Part shown: in pieces, positions 50,873 through 63,285 of the stretch
How the letters are laid out: each line of letters starts with the position of its first letter
How positions within the stretch are numbered: position 1 is the first letter of the stretch
From: Eutreptiella sp. 'Long Island Sound 2002'
Taxonomy: Eukaryota; Protista; Euglenida
Reading direction: 5' to 3'
DNA length: 64,000 bases
Assembly (NCBI GenBank): GCA_964036045.1
Contig: OZ038379.1
Coordinates: forward strand, 31,248,001 to 31,312,000
The notes under the pieces: model-generated
What the model was told of the DNA's origin: nothing
The model's input: only the letters and a program-made list of their open reading frames with translations
The model's database searches: none
Position numbers and translations under genes: made by a program

Positions 50873-52395
50873 ACTCATAACATTTTCGGCCTGATCAGCC
50901 CAATGTTTGCACCTCAGTGCTTGTACGCACACAGTTCAACCTACTTGGAGCGGGTACTGCATAGATTCCCACATGCTCCTTCAATGTTCCTCTCTCAATG
51001 CCTTGGCCCGCTGGGTCCCCGACTGTCGGCTGCTCGTGACATTTATTGGTCCTCTTTAGATGGCCCTTGCCATCTTCAAATACAAAGAACGAAGAGAATC
51101 CCGAAGGAATCGGCCGACGCTCAAACGCGTCATTGAAGAAGGAGAAAACCAAACAAACGAACCTTGGGTTCCCAAGGTTCCCCTGCGTTTCGTGTTTCCA
51201 CCTCACTATTGGTCAACGGGAAGGTCAGCGTGTGTATGTACACAATTCAACCTAAATGGAGCGGGTACTACATAGATTCTCGCACGCTCCTTCATTGCCT
51301 TGGCCCAAACATCAACAAAGAAGAGAAACCCGAAGGGAATCAGCTGAATGCTCAAACACATCGTTGTAGAACCACGCAATCACACAAACGATCAAGTTCC
51401 CACACCATGTATCTAGTTTGAACGTGGCCGTGGAATAGAAAGTGGAATAAAGCCTTTGGCTAATTCACGGGTCATTTCACTCCCTAGTTGAATTGCTCTT
51501 TCCGCAAGACATACGCTGAGACATACGGCTGCAGCTTGTGATGAATATTCCCCGGTTCCTTGTTTGCAAACCATTAAATGTCTCTGAGAACAAAATCACG
51601 GCGCATTCCGTAGTGCACTCTGTGACCAATCCACATCCCTTGCTACGTGGTTAGCAACAACAACAGTCTATCTGCCAGCAATCTACTCACCTGTTTAAAT
51701 TGGTCTCCGACCCCCCCCCCTACACAGAAGCGCATCCCTCGTGGGCTGGCGTGGCCTTGCTTACGGTTGTGCCTCCGGGTGACGGCGCCCTGCCCCTGCT
51801 TGCAACTATGACACCCTATGAATATGGGCCATTGTGGCTTTACACCACGGCCGGTGTGGCCCACCGGTGGGCCCTTGCGCCAGCAACCGCCCCCTCGCAC
51901 TGACCGTGAAGGAGTCCGAGATGCAACAACCCAAGCTTGTGCGCGTTGCAAGGAAGGCTGAGGTTAGTGGAGGCCCCCACCAACTCCCCCCCTAGCGCCC
52001 ACGATAGTGCGCCACGCCGGCGTGCGGGGCTGTGCGCCGCGCTGGGCTATGCGCTGGCGTGCAGGCCCCCCGAAACAGCACCGGAGCCACATAGCACCAT
52101 GCAAGGGAGATGTTGCACGGCCCACAAGACGGGAGCACCCCCACCCCTGCCCCCCCCCCCCCCAGGGCTGGCACCACCATACCACGACAGGGCCAAGCGC
52201 GGCCCAGCCGTGTGAACCGGCGTGCCTCGCCGCCCCGCGCCGGGCGCGAACCACACACACCGGCACGGCGGCATCTCCCTCCCGTGTGCCTTGTGCCATA
52301 GGCCTTGTCACCCGACAACCGGGAGTCATCAAGCCCAGTTGTGCCACGCACGGGGGCGCGCGCAATGGGTCTAGCCGTCCGAGGGAGGCCTTCAC

Positions 52396-52422
52396 CCAAC
52401 CCAACCCAACCCAACCCAACCC
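52396..52422. repeat. (CCAAC)n short repeat
   Basis: CACCCAACCCAACCCAACCCAACCCC. Confidence 0.8.
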
Positions 52423-52429
52423 CGGCAAG

Positions 52430-53900
52430 GACCGAACAACATTGCTCCGCAGTCTAAGCAATGGGCACGCCTTCAAGGAATGCTAAATAAACTCTTCCAC
52501 ACCACAAAACGGGCAAGACTTGTCGGCCACATAACACAGCCTGGAACGCACGGTTGGCGTTTTCCACAGGGCATGCAGTAAATGTTCTGGCAACACTATC
52601 CTACCCACACATGGCATCTGCCAGGGAGACCCCCTATCCCGAGAGCTGTTTGTGTTGTTGACCTGTGTACAGATTTCTTCTCTCAAACTCCTACCGTGCC
52701 CCCCGCAACTATTTGTGTATGCTGATGACACCTCGCTGCAGCTTTTGGGGAAGGGGCATGAGCTATTGGAGGTTGTGCAAGCAACACTGGCGGCGATTAT
52801 GCGGTTTGGTTATGTTTGTGGTTTGAGACTGAACCTTGATAAGACAACTGCCACATGGACATGAGCACTTAGGGTCGTGCCCACGATTTATTCATGGCAT
52901 CAAGGTGGTGGGGTCATTCCGATGGCTCGGAACTCATTGTGTGACCTCTTTCATAGCCACAGTCCACCACTCGAAAGACTGATCGTCCGAGAGAGAACCC
53001 CGCCAACGGATAGGCTCTTCTGGATAGTTAGGGTCTTGGACCACCTCTTAACGGCAGACAACACCGTGGACGGTTGTGCTGCTGCACCAAGGCCCCGACT
53101 TTCACCATCACCCCCAATGACCTACAAGACAACTACTTAGTGTTGTGGCAATCTTCATACACATATGTGCCCAAGCGAGGATGGGAGCTGGTATTTTGGG
53201 CACGTGTGAATGTTCACACCATGGGGCGAGAGTATCAAGCCTTGTCCATCGTGAAGGACATGCTGATGAGAGGCCACTCCCACCGAGAAGATTGCAAGAG
53301 GCCAACAATATTTCTATCAAAATCGCAAGACACTCTGGTGCAAGCTTGGACACAATAGCGAAAGGCTCCTTGGGCTTTGATGGGTCAGTTGCAGTCCAGA
53401 AGAAATTCTTTCGGCGGTTCGGGATATGAAGGGGGTGTCTGACACCCCTAAGGCCCCCTTCTTTTTGGGCAACAAACTCAAAACTTGTGCATACCACTCA
53501 GGTGGTAAGTGGTGCCCATGTTCTAAGTAATCCTCTAGCAAGCTTATCATCTGTGGGGTGAAGACGCCCGCCAATTGTCTAAACAAAGCAGCGGGGATAC
53601 CATCTAGACTTGGCGCAGAATGTGCTGCCATCGATTTCAACACTTCATGCACCGCCTTTAGATTCAACGAGCGCATCAGTAGGTGCACCCCCTGCGCCAC
53701 ATAGGTGGTAGGCTCAGCTCGGCAATAAACATCAATGTGCAATGGTGCCAGGGTGGTCCCCCCGCCTCCAGCACTTGAGTCATGCATGATGTGACCCCAA
53801 CAAGTAGCTAGCACCTGTGACACGGCAGTTGGCATTGTTTGCAACATGCGGCCAATTTGTTCAGGGATGTGTGTGCCCAAATGGATGACATCGGTGGTGT
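52430..53900 (-). mobile_element. Decayed L1/Tx1-like LINE RT fragments with an internally inverted block
   Basis: Minus strand: KSMAAHSAPSLDGIP...LPPEW...LLPKKKG (53317-53880) and zf-RVT CPFCGVEE..H...C (~52450-52610). Plus strand: GICQGDPLS...YADD...GLRLNLDKT (52612-52864). Confidence 0.8.
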
Positions 53901-54231
53901 GTTACCAATTAGCTGACTATTTCATGACAATTATGCCAAGAGAACAAACTCATTTCTTGAAAGGGCGACAAATCACTCAAAACCACATATGACCATGCTG
54001 AATTGACAATCAAGGTAAACGTGAGGACCGTGCCCACCGTTGGAAAAGAGCAACCTTTTCTTCTAGGGACAAAGGTAATGTGGTGAGCGCCCGAGCTCGT
54101 CCCTGGCCTTCACTAACGGAACCGCGTATGCTTGCCTAAGCTGCAGGTGACCCAATTGCCACCGGCACGGTGTACACTGAGTCTACTGAGTCCAGCAATG
54201 GAGCATATTGTAGCGGGAGCAACACTCGGTC

Positions 54232-54327
54232 AGTGGTGGTGGTGGTGGTGGTGGTGGTGGTGGTGGTGGTGGTGGTGGTGGTGGTGGCGGTGGCGGTGGC
54301 GGCGGCAGCGGCGGCGGCGGTGGTGGT
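54232..54327. repeat. (GGT)n/(GGC)n microsatellite
   Basis: Direct reading. Confidence 0.97.
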
Positions 54328-54577
54328 AGTGTCCCTGAAACATTTTCGTCCTTCAGCATCATCCCCCCCTCCCCCCGGCACGTATCAGGCTGCAGAGCCC
54401 AATGGGCCAGCAACTAACCTACCCATCCACCAGTGGAGGATTCCCTCCTCAAAAAGTGAACACACACGGACAACTAGAAGTACCAACCGGCATATGCTGT
54501 TTTGTCATGATTTAGTGTGGGCTGTTCTGTGTAGGTCAGGGAGGGCATGGCCGGTGGCCTTGTGGTTATTGCGGCTG

Positions 54578-55831
54578 CTATATGGGTCGGGCCAGGCTGG
54601 GCCGGGTCAGGATGGTCAGGGGAGTTCTCTCCGGTGGGGTCCCGGTGTGCCTTGGGATCGGTCCGTCGTATGTAGCTGTGGCTTGGTGGATGTTGCAGGT
54701 CTGGGGCGGGTTTGGATGGGGGGGGGGGGTCTCGGCTAGGGTGTGGGGCAGGTTTGGGGGGGGGGGGTGCAGGACACTTCTCCCCTGTGTGCTGGGCCTG
54801 CGGGCTGGGGAACTTGGGGTGTCATCCTCACTGGCGTCCCAGTGGAGCCGGTCCTCCGGCGGTGGCTTCGGGGGGCCGTCCCAGCTGCTGCAGCCCACTT
54901 CGCTTCCATGGACCAGACTGGGTAACCCAATCCCTCCTCCTCCCCCAAAGAGAGAGGGAGGACGCAAGTTCCAGACCACTCGCAGCCCAGCTCCACTGTT
55001 GCATGGGGAAAGCAAGCAAAACAGAGGGACCGCCCTCCACAACGGACACCAGGCGACGTCACCCCATCCTCCGCTTTGCACAGCACACCTCTTTGACGCC
55101 CCTGCTCCCTCAGTGCCTAGGGGCGCTCGCTTCCTCCTCGGCGCAGCCTTGGGGGTACCCTCACCACAGTGCTGCAGAGTGGACGGTCCCACAGAGCCCT
55201 CACGGTCCCACTCATTCTGTGGTCTTCCAGTCTTGCCCGCATCTGGTGTGGCACGACGCTTGGTTTGGCGGAACGCCAGCGGCATCACGGAACTCTGGGC
55301 TGGGCTGGGGCTGAGATCTGTGCTGAGCACGAGCGGAGTGCATTCGCGGGAGCTTGAGCTGGAGGGGCAGCCCGGGCTAAGGCTTGCGGGGACAGATGAG
55401 CCCGGGCCGGATGGGCAGGACAGGCTCTCGCTGGTCAGGTCCCCGACCTGGTCCGCACAAGTGGAGCTTGACAATGTCCTCTGGGCGGTAGCCCTGGCGC
55501 TTTGGGCCCCGCTTGAGGGTGCGGCGCGGCCGCCGGACATGCAGGGCGTTTGAGGAAGACCGAACTGCAGTCCCCTGACCACGCCACTCGCTCCAGGATA
55601 CAGACCCCCGAGGGCCGCAGGCGGCGCGCTTGGGCTGGGGCTGCAAAGGTCGCGGAGCGAGGCCGTCATGGGTTGCTGCGGGGTGCAGGGGAAGGCCAAA
55701 GTGATGGTCTTTTGAGGGCTGCGGGTCGGACTCCGGGGTCTGTTGGGGGTGCCTGGTTGGCGCTTCCGCGGGCTGGCGCCGGGAGGCGGTGGCAGCAGCT
55801 TCAGGCCAGAACAGTGCCCCCTTGACAGAGC
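54578..55831 (-). CDS. Candidate S/P-rich C-terminal exon(s) of the FEN1-like gene
   Basis: Acceptor TTGTTGTTCGTAG| at 55832 opens phase 0 into an open frame of ~417 codons, matching the phase-0 donor of exon 58723-58909. Internal introns are possible. Confidence 0.4.
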   Translation of the reverse strand, partial: ALSRGHCSGLKLLPPPPGASPRKRQPGTPNRPRSPTRSPQKTITLAFPCTPQQPMTASLRDLCSPSPSAPPAALGGLYPGASGVVRGLQFGLPQTPCMSGGRAAPSSGAQSARATAQRTLSSSTCADQVGDLTSESLSCPSGPGSSVPASLSPGCPSSSSSRECTPLVLSTDLSPSPAQSSVMPLAFRQTKRRATPDAGKTGRPQNEWDREGSVGPSTLQHCGEGTPKAAPRRKRAPLGTEGAGASKRCAVQSGGWGDVAWCPLWRAVPLFCLLSPCNSGAGLRVVWNLRPPSLFGGGGGIGLPSLVHGSEVGCSSWDGPPKPPPEDRLHWDASEDDTPSSPARRPSTQGRSVLHPPPPNLPHTLAETPPPHPNPPQTCNIHQATATYDGPIPRHTGTPPERTPLTILTRPSLARPI

Positions 55832-57368
55832 CTACGAACAACAACAACGGGGATAGGGCGTCAGCAGGGCGCATTGGCGCACGGCCGGCCCAATTCCATG
55901 ACAAACGGACGTGTCTAACATGACAGCCCGCAACAAATCTGTTGCGTGGGTCGCTTGAGGAGAGTGCCTAAGCGGGTTGTGCGTTTGCTGGCGAGTCTGT
56001 TGGTTGGCCAGTTTGTTGTTGTTTTATTGGCGAATTTGTTGGTGATTTGATTGCGGTAGATGGGGTTATGGGGGGAATAGTGTGGTTGAGGGCGAGAGTT
56101 CTGGGGACGAGGTGCAGAGGGCAACTCTGTGCATACGATCCAAGCCAATACACAGTAAAACCCAGCACAGGCCAGGCCAATATCTTTTCTGACCCAGTAC
56201 AGGCCAACCCAGCCCGCCTTGAGGCTAGGCATGACGCAGTGGGGAGCAATGAAATGCCCAACGCGAACATGCACCCACATACCGCTGCCGTACGAAGGTG
56301 TGTGACACTCACTCAGGCACCCGATTGTTGGCCCCACTTCGAGGTGCACACACAGCATTGCAGACTACACGGTAAAGACTGCCCCTCATGATGGTGTGGT
56401 ACTCACTCCCGTCGCTCGTCGTTGTTGGTGGATGTTCAACCTTTGGATGTGCCGCTGGACCTGACTGTATCTGTCGTCAGGTATACCGCCTTCCCTGGTA
56501 CACCTCCTCCCGTGGCCCCAACACGTCCCCCAAACGCACCCCACACCTCCGGTGTTGGGGCCCCTCACCTTCAGGTATGGGTACAGACCTCAAAACAATG
56601 GTGCTTAAGAAAACGTAAATTTTACTTGAGTGCGGTCACATGCAGTAAACGCGTATGATATGGAATTCCATTCCCACATGCAGCATTATTGCTTGCATGG
56701 ACAAGCTTCCATGCCAGAAAACACGGATGTGAAATGGTAACTTAAATAAGAAATTCCAAAAATAAGAGCTGCCAAAACGGGGTTGGATGTATGGGGGGGA
56801 GGGGGTCCGGGCTGGATACGTAGGGTGAGGGGCTGATATAGAGGGGGCTGGGGTCCGGCTGCGGCCCCCAAAAGCGCCTTGGCCTCAATCACGGAATGGC
56901 TCCCTTGTGGGATTCGGATGAGAGACCGGGTGAATGCTCCACTGTTTACCCCCTCCCTCTTTGGATCCAAACCCCTGCCCACAATATCCCCCCCCCCCCC
57001 CGCTGCCTTCATATCTGGAACCACCTCGCGATCCAAACCCCCCTGCATATCCAGATTCCCACACTTCTTTCTATGCACCCCACTTGTTGCCAACTTAATG
57101 TGATCAAAACAGGGGGGGAGGGGCGTCAGATGGGGCCCTTAAAAAGAAAACGGGTGGGTTCCCAATCCCACCTTGGGATACGACCTGTAACCAATCGTAC
57201 GTTACAGAGTTGGCTTGCTTGCAAGAACCTTGGGCAAGCTAAGGGACTCTTGGTGTGAATACCCATGCTCCTGGTGTGGACTGTGTCTTTTGAACACACG
57301 TCTTTGGTTTGCCACTTACATGTATGTGGTTCCAGTCCGCAAGCACCTCATCAGACAAGGAGGTCTAT

Positions 57369-58064
57369 GAGGGAGATATACGCACCGCGCGCACCGCGTT
57401 GTGCACCGCGCGCGCACCGCGCGTGCGTTTCTACCAACCCTTTCCTGCATTTTTCACATTTTTTCAGGGTGGCAAGGACGCGGTGGCCTAAGGGGTAAGC
57501 ACACAACAACGGAGGCCTCCACTCCATCCTCCTCACCAATGGTGGTTGTGGCCGCCCACACTCCCTGCCAGGGGAGGGCCGTAGGAAGAGGAAGAAGAGG
57601 ATGTAGAACTCTCCGGTACGGCCGCTTGACCGAAGAGCCTAGTGCCCCACGGGGTGCCCAAGCCTGTGGGGCCGTTTCGAACGTTTCGCGTTTCGCTGTG
57701 CTCAATGCACTCGTTTCGCGTTTCGGAGTGTTACTTCTTGGGGTGCCCAAGCCCAGGAAGTAACCGTATCGGTGCGTTTCGCGTTTCAATGATCACGGTG
57801 CCTCTGATTTTTCATTTGTTCTCTATAGAGGGAGGGGCGAGGCACCCGTGGCAATTGTCCGCCGTCGCGACAGCCATCGCAACCTGGCTTGGCGCCCTAT
57901 CCCGCAGCCACGGCACACGGGCTCACCACAAGGGAGGGGCAAATAGTGGTGAGGTGCAGAAAACAGCACAGGGGGAAAGAAAAGGTTGTACGCGCACGTG
58001 GAAAACGAATGCACCGCGCGCGCACCGCGTGGTGCACCGCGCGCACCGCGCTTACGTCTCCCTC
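57369..58064. mobile_element. MITE-like element (696 bp) in an intron
   Basis: Imperfect TIRs GAGGGAGATATACGC and GAGGGAGACGTAAGC. TAT on both flanks (57366-57368, 58065-58067). GCACCGC subterminal repeats at both ends. Confidence 0.6.
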
Positions 58065-58722
58065 TATGGCATTCCTTTCACCGACTGAAAACCACAGCGC
58101 TCATGCCACTAGAAGACGAAGCAGAACTTTGGAAGGCGAGACAATTAATCTACTTCACGCAGAACACCAACCTGATTCTGAGGAGGAGGACCTCGACAAG
58201 AAGAACGACAACCATGAGAACACCTCTTGCGCACTCAACGGTATCTTCCTGACTCTCTTTTGTGCCAGCGGGTGCGCAGTGAATTGACACCATCTGCTAT
58301 TGCAGAGTTGCAAGCTGACGGTCGCCCAACCTTCGGACTGAGCTGAGTCCTAGGTCATTTGGTCGGCTTGCCCAACACAGACGCAAAACACAACAGGGTG
58401 CTTTGCAGCTTCTTGCCAAGGGTCTCTCTCCGAACCAGAGTAGAATAGAAGGATGAGATCCACACTTTGCTTTAGTCTCTCTTTTAGGCCGTAGTCTCTC
58501 CTTGGTAGAGAGCAATAGTGTCAATATACCAACATGCACAGCTTTTTTCCTGCCAACCTTGTTGTTTGACGGTTTACAATGTAGCACATTCTTCTTACCT
58601 TTCGGCGACTATGGTGCGCCCAACAGCGTTCTCATTGCGGCACAGACAACTGCCAGTCAAAGCGGCCGGCACCATACAGTGCCCTGTGCTAGGGGTGGAC
58701 CTCCCCACCCAGGGATGCGTAC

Positions 58723-58909
58723 CTTCAGGACCTCCACTCCTTCCAACACGGCAACTTTCGAGAAGTGCCGCTCCATTGTCAGAAACCAGATCAACTCTTG
58801 CTCACGCGGTTGCTCAAAGTTCAGCTGCACCTCTGCTGCGGGTTGCACATTCGGGGCAGTGAACAAGTGCTGTGCTTGCAGGAAAGGTGCTGCCTCGTTG
58901 CCACAGAGC
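58723..58909 (-). CDS. FEN1/XPG-family nuclease, exon (C-terminal helical region)
   Basis: TTCAG| acceptor and AAG|GTACGC donor; 187 bp, phase 2 to 0. FLQAQHLFTAPNV...FEQPREQELIWFLTMERHFS resembles the FEN1 region ARELF..P.V....W..PDEEGL..FL..E..FS. Confidence 0.8.
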
Positions 58910-59157
58910 CTGAACAGGAACATGCGGAAAGAAACGCGGAGGACCATTTTGGTTTTGAACCAAAACACGCACGAAGCATCTGCAAACGCAGATTTGTACT
59001 CGCCATCGACATGACTGCGACGGCAGAAGTCCAGGCAGAGCGGTACTCCGTGTTTGGAACAGCAGACAGACGCCAGCAGAGGACCGATTGCCGTGTACAC
59101 ATATGCACAGGCAAGTTGAGGCAAGCAGGCAGGCAGCATGGGCAAGCAGAAACACAC

Positions 59158-59373
59158 TTGTCAGAGGCAAGGGATGCCCCGAGGGTGCCGTGCTTTTGGA
59201 TCAGGGCATAGGCCTTCTTTGGTCCAACGCCACGGATACTGGGGGCATAGTCGCACCCACACAACACGCAGACATCCACCAGCTGCGGGTACTGCAGCCC
59301 GCACGCCTGCAGCATCGCCTCTAGCTCCAGGTACTGGAAGGTGATTTGATTATTTCGCTCGAGATGCAGCTGC
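59158..59373 (-). CDS. FEN1/XPG-family nuclease, exon (H3TH motif)
   Basis: CATTTCAG| acceptor and AA|GTGTGT donor; 216 bp, phase 2 to 2. Encodes VDVCVLCGCDYAPSIRGVGPKKAYALIQKHG. Confidence 0.88.
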
Positions 59374-59630
59374 CTGAAATGGGAGGCCATGGGGCATAAA
59401 TGGTGTGAGTCGAAGGCGTTGCCTTTTGTGCTTCAGTGGTCAGGGCCAATCTGCGTGTGTTTCCTTTTGGGCTATGGGTTACTGGGGGTGCTGCAGGGGG
59501 ATACGTCACAGAGCCAAGGTGTGCTGAGTGGGCGTGGGGGCAGTGTCCGGGTGTGATGTGTGGTGGGCGATTGCTTCCGAGTGTTACGTCCACATCGGTT
59601 TGCGCCCCAAACGTGTTCGGTATCTCTCTC

Positions 59631-61240
59631 GGGGACACCCGGAATTGCACCAACTCGGTGGGTTTTCGGGGGTTGGTGCCATTGTTCCCTCATTTGTGCC
59701 CACTGAGTGTTCTGGAGGTCGGGTATGTGGGGTATATTCGGAAAGCCCTTGAAAAGGGCTATTCGGAACACCCTGGGTCTGCATGCTGTACTGACGGTAT
59801 GTTTGATATTTTTGTCCTTTTTGGAAGCTGCCTGTGTTGCTTTCTGCCTGTTTTGGTCAACAGGCAGCCACCATGTCTGCATACAAATTCACGCCACGTG
59901 CTGTTGTGTCCCAGATGCACCACAAAAGCCATTGGTTCCGAAAACAGCGCGCTCTGGTGGTGCAGACTGGGTGCGGGTTACACGTGAGAGGTCCCCAGGC
60001 AAAGCAAAAAGGCCTCGGACAGCCGGCTCACAGCAACCTGCATGCACCCACAAGGAACACCAGATTCTGACCACCGCCGAGGCCGCTTCTTTTGCAAGTC
60101 AATTTTGGGATCGTAAAGTGCACCCCATGAAGGCTTCACAACAGGAGTTTCTGGCCACATGCATTGATGTTGATTTGGAGAAAAATGTCAAGCATGCACA
60201 GTGGCACAAGTGCACTAGAAAGAGGGGTCATCAGACAACCTATTTGGTACCGTACCGTGGAGCACGTCGACAAATCTGCAAAACGCAGTTTTTGCATTAT
60301 TTCAAGATTTCACGCAGAGTTGTCGAAATTGTGGTGAAGGACAAGGCAAATGCGGCTGTTGCTACTCCCCTCAGCCCTACGAAAAGTCCCCAGAGGCGGG
60401 CCATGGTGAACACACAACGTGCTTCAACAATCAAACTGAGGTTTGAGAAATTTTTGCAGGGTCTCCTGCAGGCCGACAACCGCTTCAGTGACGCCAACCG
60501 GCCGCACACTGAGATGGTGCACTTGGCCCCTGTTGGTGGTCGCGGTGCCTCGCCATACAATGTGTGGATCCACTGGCTTCAAAAGGAGGAGCCAGATCAG
60601 TTTGCGAAGAGAGGCAAAGCGGATTTTCAGTTGCAAAATTCGTTGAAAACGGCCCAGCGGACAATGCGGACATTCAAATTGGGGTACCAAGTGCCGACAA
60701 AGGATGCGTGTGCGGAGTGCGAGCTATACAACCTTCAAATCAGGAACACCCCACCATCATCGCGCTCCTTCTTTTTTTTTATTTCTGCAAAGTGTCTGGC
60801 GCTTTTTTCTGTCAATTTTCAGGCCAAACTTCGGCACGAGCAGGCCACCCATTTACGAGGTGGGTGCTAGTCAAGGCACGCAGGTTGCAGGATTGGGAAA
60901 AACTGAAAAAATATGTTCCAATTCACAAGCAGGGGGATGTGTGCCCCAATGGGGTCCCTGCCCTTGTGGAAGGGGGCAACAATGAGGACGATTCGGATTC
61001 AGAATAATCAGCGGTCCCTCGAGCATTGCCCTGTCCTGTGCATTGTCCAATTTGCCCAAAAATGTGACCTCCTGCCCCCCCCCCCAGCCCATACATTTCT
61101 GAAATGGCCTTTTCTCACAGATTTCAAAAAGTATACACATACCCCCCCCAACAGGACGAAATTTTGGCGCATTGGACCAAAAGTTTACAAAACCCAGGAA
61201 AAGTGCCAAAACCCACCGTGTTGGCGCACTATCAATGTCC
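59631..61240 (+). mobile_element. Internally deleted TIR DNA transposon (Sola-like transposase remnant) in an intron
   Basis: Imperfect TIRs at 59631-59666 and 61208-61240 (core AAAACCCACCG(A/T)GTTGG(T/C)GCA). ORF 59707-60870 has ICKTQFLHYFKIS and YQVPTKDACAEC, then jumps to a short C-terminal-like piece. No catalytic DDD/E region. The superfamily assignment is tentative. Confidence 0.55.
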
Positions 61241-62003
61241 TATGAATGTCCTGCAACATATTGAAGCAGAGCCCTCCAGCACGATCTGTGATGGGTCGTA
61301 AGTTGGCCCCTGCACCGCAGCTCCAGGGCACTGTCCTGCAAGGCGCATCTCGTGGCACAGGCACAAAGCTCTCCGCACCACTCGATGGCACATCGTGTCA
61401 TGGCACAGTCCTGCAGAACACACGCATGTCATGTCCATGTCCTCTGAAGCATCTCCTGTCTGCACCGACCTGTCTCTGATCCGAAGAAGAAATCGGCGTT
61501 CGTGAGAAAACTGTTTTCAGGATGCAGCCGTGGGTACGGTCAGCAGTGACCAACAGGGGCTTTTGAGGCAGCGCTGTGGAGTGGGGCGCCCTGGAATGTG
61601 CTGTGCTGTTCAGTGGTGTGCTGTGGTGAGAGGTAGGCATGTGGGTCGGAGGCGGGAGGTTGACGGGTGTGGGGCGTTTGAGGTCCTGGCCAGCCCCAGC
61701 TGACCCACCCACCCACCCACCCACTCACATCAGAAAATCTTTTTCGTAGGGGAAAAATGGAATTCATCAAAGGGGCATCAAAGGACCCAGACCCAGGGGG
61801 CAGAGTCGACGGGCCACGAAGCGGTAGCCTGACTAGGGACGTCAAAAGTGTGGCTGTGTGCAACTGACCCTCGGGCACCTCGGCACCTGAGGGTCAGTCG
61901 CCCACACTGACCCTCAGACTGCAGCCAAAGAGAAGAAAACTTCAACGTTGTTCGGTTACCCCAAATAGACGATGACAACGCCAGCAACTGCACTGCATGG
62001 CAC

Positions 62004-62115
62004 CTGAGAAGCCGTGGGCACCCGAAGGCAAAGACATCGGAGTCCTCCGTGATCACAGCCCAGCACTTGCCTCCCTTCACCAGCTCCGCGCATTGGGCCT
62101 CTGCTTCCCCTGGGG
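62004..62115 (-). CDS. FEN1/XPG-family nuclease, exon (XPG-I catalytic motifs)
   Basis: TTTGCAG| acceptor and CAG|GTGCCA donor; 112 bp. Encodes [38 protein letters not shown] and splices in frame to exon 59158-59373. Upstream exons were not located. Confidence 0.9.
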
Positions 62116-63285
62116 CTGCAAACAAGGGCACACAGTAAAGGCACCCATTGCACACACGTACCCATGGACCCCCGGTTGTCTTGGGTTGCAAGACTTCCGG
62201 CACCCTCTGTTGTCATTGGCCTGACCTGGCCCTTGCTGCAAGAAACACACAGAACACATCATCGGGCGCCACCCCCCTCCCTCCCCCACACGTGCTTGAC
62301 ATGGCACTCCACATGCGGCAGTTCTTTGTGCACTGCACGTGCACATATTCAGAATTACACACGGCCAAGCGCCATACGTCCACAAAATACAAGCCTCTCA
62401 GCACCGTCAGCTCACCTGCCCTCCTCGTTTGTGGCCGTTCAGCGAAATCCACGTGGGAATAGTCATGCGGCCCGGGACTGACCGCAGGACCTCCTTTCGG
62501 AAATGTTGCTTGGTCCTGGTGGGGCTGGGGGTTGTGCTCTCCTTGGCGGCGGTGGGATGGGGCCGCACCCACTGCAATCCTCGGTGAAACTGAAATATGA
62601 AACTCCCATGCCCGTCGTCCACTGGACCATTGAGACTGCAGGGGCGGGAGAAGGGGCGCAATCAAGGATTGGCGTGTATGGGCTGCGTGTTTTGGAGCTG
62701 ATGGTTGCCACCATTCAGGGGCTGAGGCATCCAGAGCGAGCGCCAGGACCCTCATTGGAGAGCTTTGGGTCGAAGACTAGTCGGGTTTCCACATATCATG
62801 CAACAATACTGTCTGTTCCATCCTCCACTGCTACTGTGTCCAAGCACTCCTCTGGCTCTCAGTCGCTGTGGGCGTCCGACTGCAGATTGTGTGTGTGGTT
62901 GTGGCCGTGTAAGGAAAACTGCGTGTGTGATATATTCACGGGGGCGGCCGCCAGCCAATGTGTGACCCCGAGGGGTGTTCGACAGTTTGGGGGGCTGTAG
63001 GGGGGGGGGACCCCACCCCCCCCCTTCGTTGACCCAAACCCAGCACCTTTTCCGGCAGGCCCCGTCCAAGCGCGCAAACACACAAAGCTAACAAGATGCA
63101 CTGTGAATGGTGATTGTTTTGCTGCACTGCAACACTTTCAGAGCAGTATTGAATGTTGCCTTAGGTTCGCCCAAAGGCCTTTCCTTCCCCTTGTCACAAA
63201 CCACAGACATATATGTAGAGAAGCAAAGGGAGCCACAGACATATATATAGAGAAGCGAAGGGAGGGGAGGGGCCTTGTGGGCAAT

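Noticed and set aside
50531-54739. Poly-His, poly-Val, poly-Thr and poly-Pro ORFs
   Set aside because: These are translations of (GGT)n microsatellites.
58297-58587. Possible further exon of the FEN1-like gene (KERLRPKRETKAK)
   Set aside because: Splice sites and homology are not convincing.
62213-62755. Upstream exon of the FEN1-like gene (strong CAG|GTGAGC donor at ~62415)
   Set aside because: The phase fits, but the peptide does not resemble the expected XPG region.
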